A stretch of 63,097 nucleotides of DNA, filler included, from Pirum gemmata (taxonomy: Eukaryota): the NCBI GenBank assembly GCA_002812295.1. It is 28 parts of 28 records of this genome, joined end to end, with 100 filler letters (N's around TTAATTAATTAA, not from the genome) between each part and the next. Parts side by side here need not be neighbours in the genome. Positions count along the whole stretch, not along the records: positions 61,138 to 63,097 come from PDIN01009643.1; 27 more parts are not named here. One strand, written 5' to 3'. Numbering within the stretch: the first letter of the stretch is position 1; the number at the start of each line of letters is the position of its first letter. Below are positions 62,283-63,097 of the stretch, one piece after another. Under the pieces are notes generated by a model. The model did no database searches. It saw only the letters and a list, made by a program, of their open reading frames with translations, and was not told the origin of the DNA. Both the position numbers and the translations under genes were made by a program.

Positions 62283-62566
62283 GGGAGCGTTCAATAATTA
62301 CGTAACGCCGATTTGGGACAAAAACCTACCCTACTACCCCCCGTGTAATTGCCTGTCACGTTTGAGAAGGACTACCTACCCCTTATGACGTAACGATTTG
62401 GAAAAAATAGTACCCTAAATTACCCCTCATGTTATATATATATATAGCAAAAAAGTGGTTTTTTGCGTTATGTCATATTACGAAAACCTACCCCCCTACT
62501 GCGTNGTCACAAAAATCCGACCCCCCCTACCTACCCCCCAGCGTTACGTAATTATTGAACGCTCCC
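62283..62566. mobile_element. PIF/Harbinger (Tourist-like) MITE, intact
   Basis: Perfect 26-bp TIR GGGAGCGTTCAATAATTACGTAACGC with TAA target duplication on both sides. Confidence 0.92.
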
Positions 62567-62771
62567 TAAACATAAACAGCTATCGATATATTCTTTTAAG
62601 GATTCCAGAGCGTTATATACAGAGACTTTCATAGTCTATATATTATTATATACCGGTATAGTAAGAAACTAGCTAGTTTTATATAATTTATGATAGTAAT
62701 AAGTTTTTTAAGTTTGTTGATTATCGTGCTTGTATTATTTTAAAAGACAGTCGATACTACTACTGTTAGCA

Positions 62772-62923
62772 GGGAAGCGTTCAAAAACTACGTAACGCCA
62801 ATTTCCGGTCAAATTCAAATACAGGTTCAAATACCCCTATTTACCTACCCCTCAGAGTTAATTTCTGGTGAAATACCACCTACTTATCTACCCCTTGATG
62901 TGACGTACTATTTGAACGCTCCC
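62772..62923. mobile_element. Related, shorter Harbinger-like MITE
   Basis: GGGAAGCGTTCAAAAACTACGTAAC ... GTGACGTACTATTTGAACGCTCCC. Confidence 0.75.
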
Positions 62924-63097
62924 TGGTATCATAGCTGCTCGACAGTGTATTTCGACAGTAGGCTACACTTCTAGATACTTCTAGCTAGGACTACACTTCT
63001 ATCATAGTAGTCTAGCTCTTTTTTTTTTTTTTTTAACAGCCAAGCCGGATAAAACTGTAGACTAGAAGTCTATTTTTTTTAGATTTCTTTTTTAAAA

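Noticed and set aside
62820..62840. GGTTCAAATAC as a tRNA T-loop or B-box
   Set aside because: No cloverleaf or A-box; it lies inside a MITE. No tRNA or rRNA gene was recognised anywhere in the window.

Overview
This is not prokaryotic DNA and not one continuous locus. It is a concatenation of about 28 short (mostly ~2 kb) scaffolds from a very AT-rich, intron-containing microbial eukaryote. They are joined by 27 artificial 100-bp linkers (N44-TTAATTAATTAA-N44), so gene neighbourhoods across linkers carry no meaning. Most ORFs in the supplied track are translations of microsatellites. Real coding content I can support: a five-exon fragment of a bacterial-type guanine deaminase; CLN3/battenin; an SNX9/18/33-like sorting nexin C-terminus; GT14 and DUF707-like glycosyltransferases; an ankyrin-repeat protein; an EsV-1-7 Cys-repeat protein; a METTL21-type methyltransferase; a signal-peptide protein ending in a degenerate RING/U-box; a protein with a probable capping-protein-interaction motif; the C-terminus of a P1B heavy-metal ATPase; and pseudogene relics of an IS630/Tc1-type transposase, a LINE and a PARP-like ADP-ribosyltransferase. 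The remainder is at least six MITE families, TTAGGG-type tracts, CTAG-rich filler and microsatellites. Strongest leads: (1) an apparently secreted RING-type E3 ligase, which is an effector-like architecture; (2) repeated tandem amplification of gene 3' ends into decaying arrays on independent scaffolds; (3) palindromic CTAG filler inserted inside otherwise conserved elements; (4) an intron-containing, bacterial-type guanine deaminase. All family calls come from motif recognition by eye, with no database search. The taxon (unicellular opisthokont or amoebozoan-like) is an inference only.
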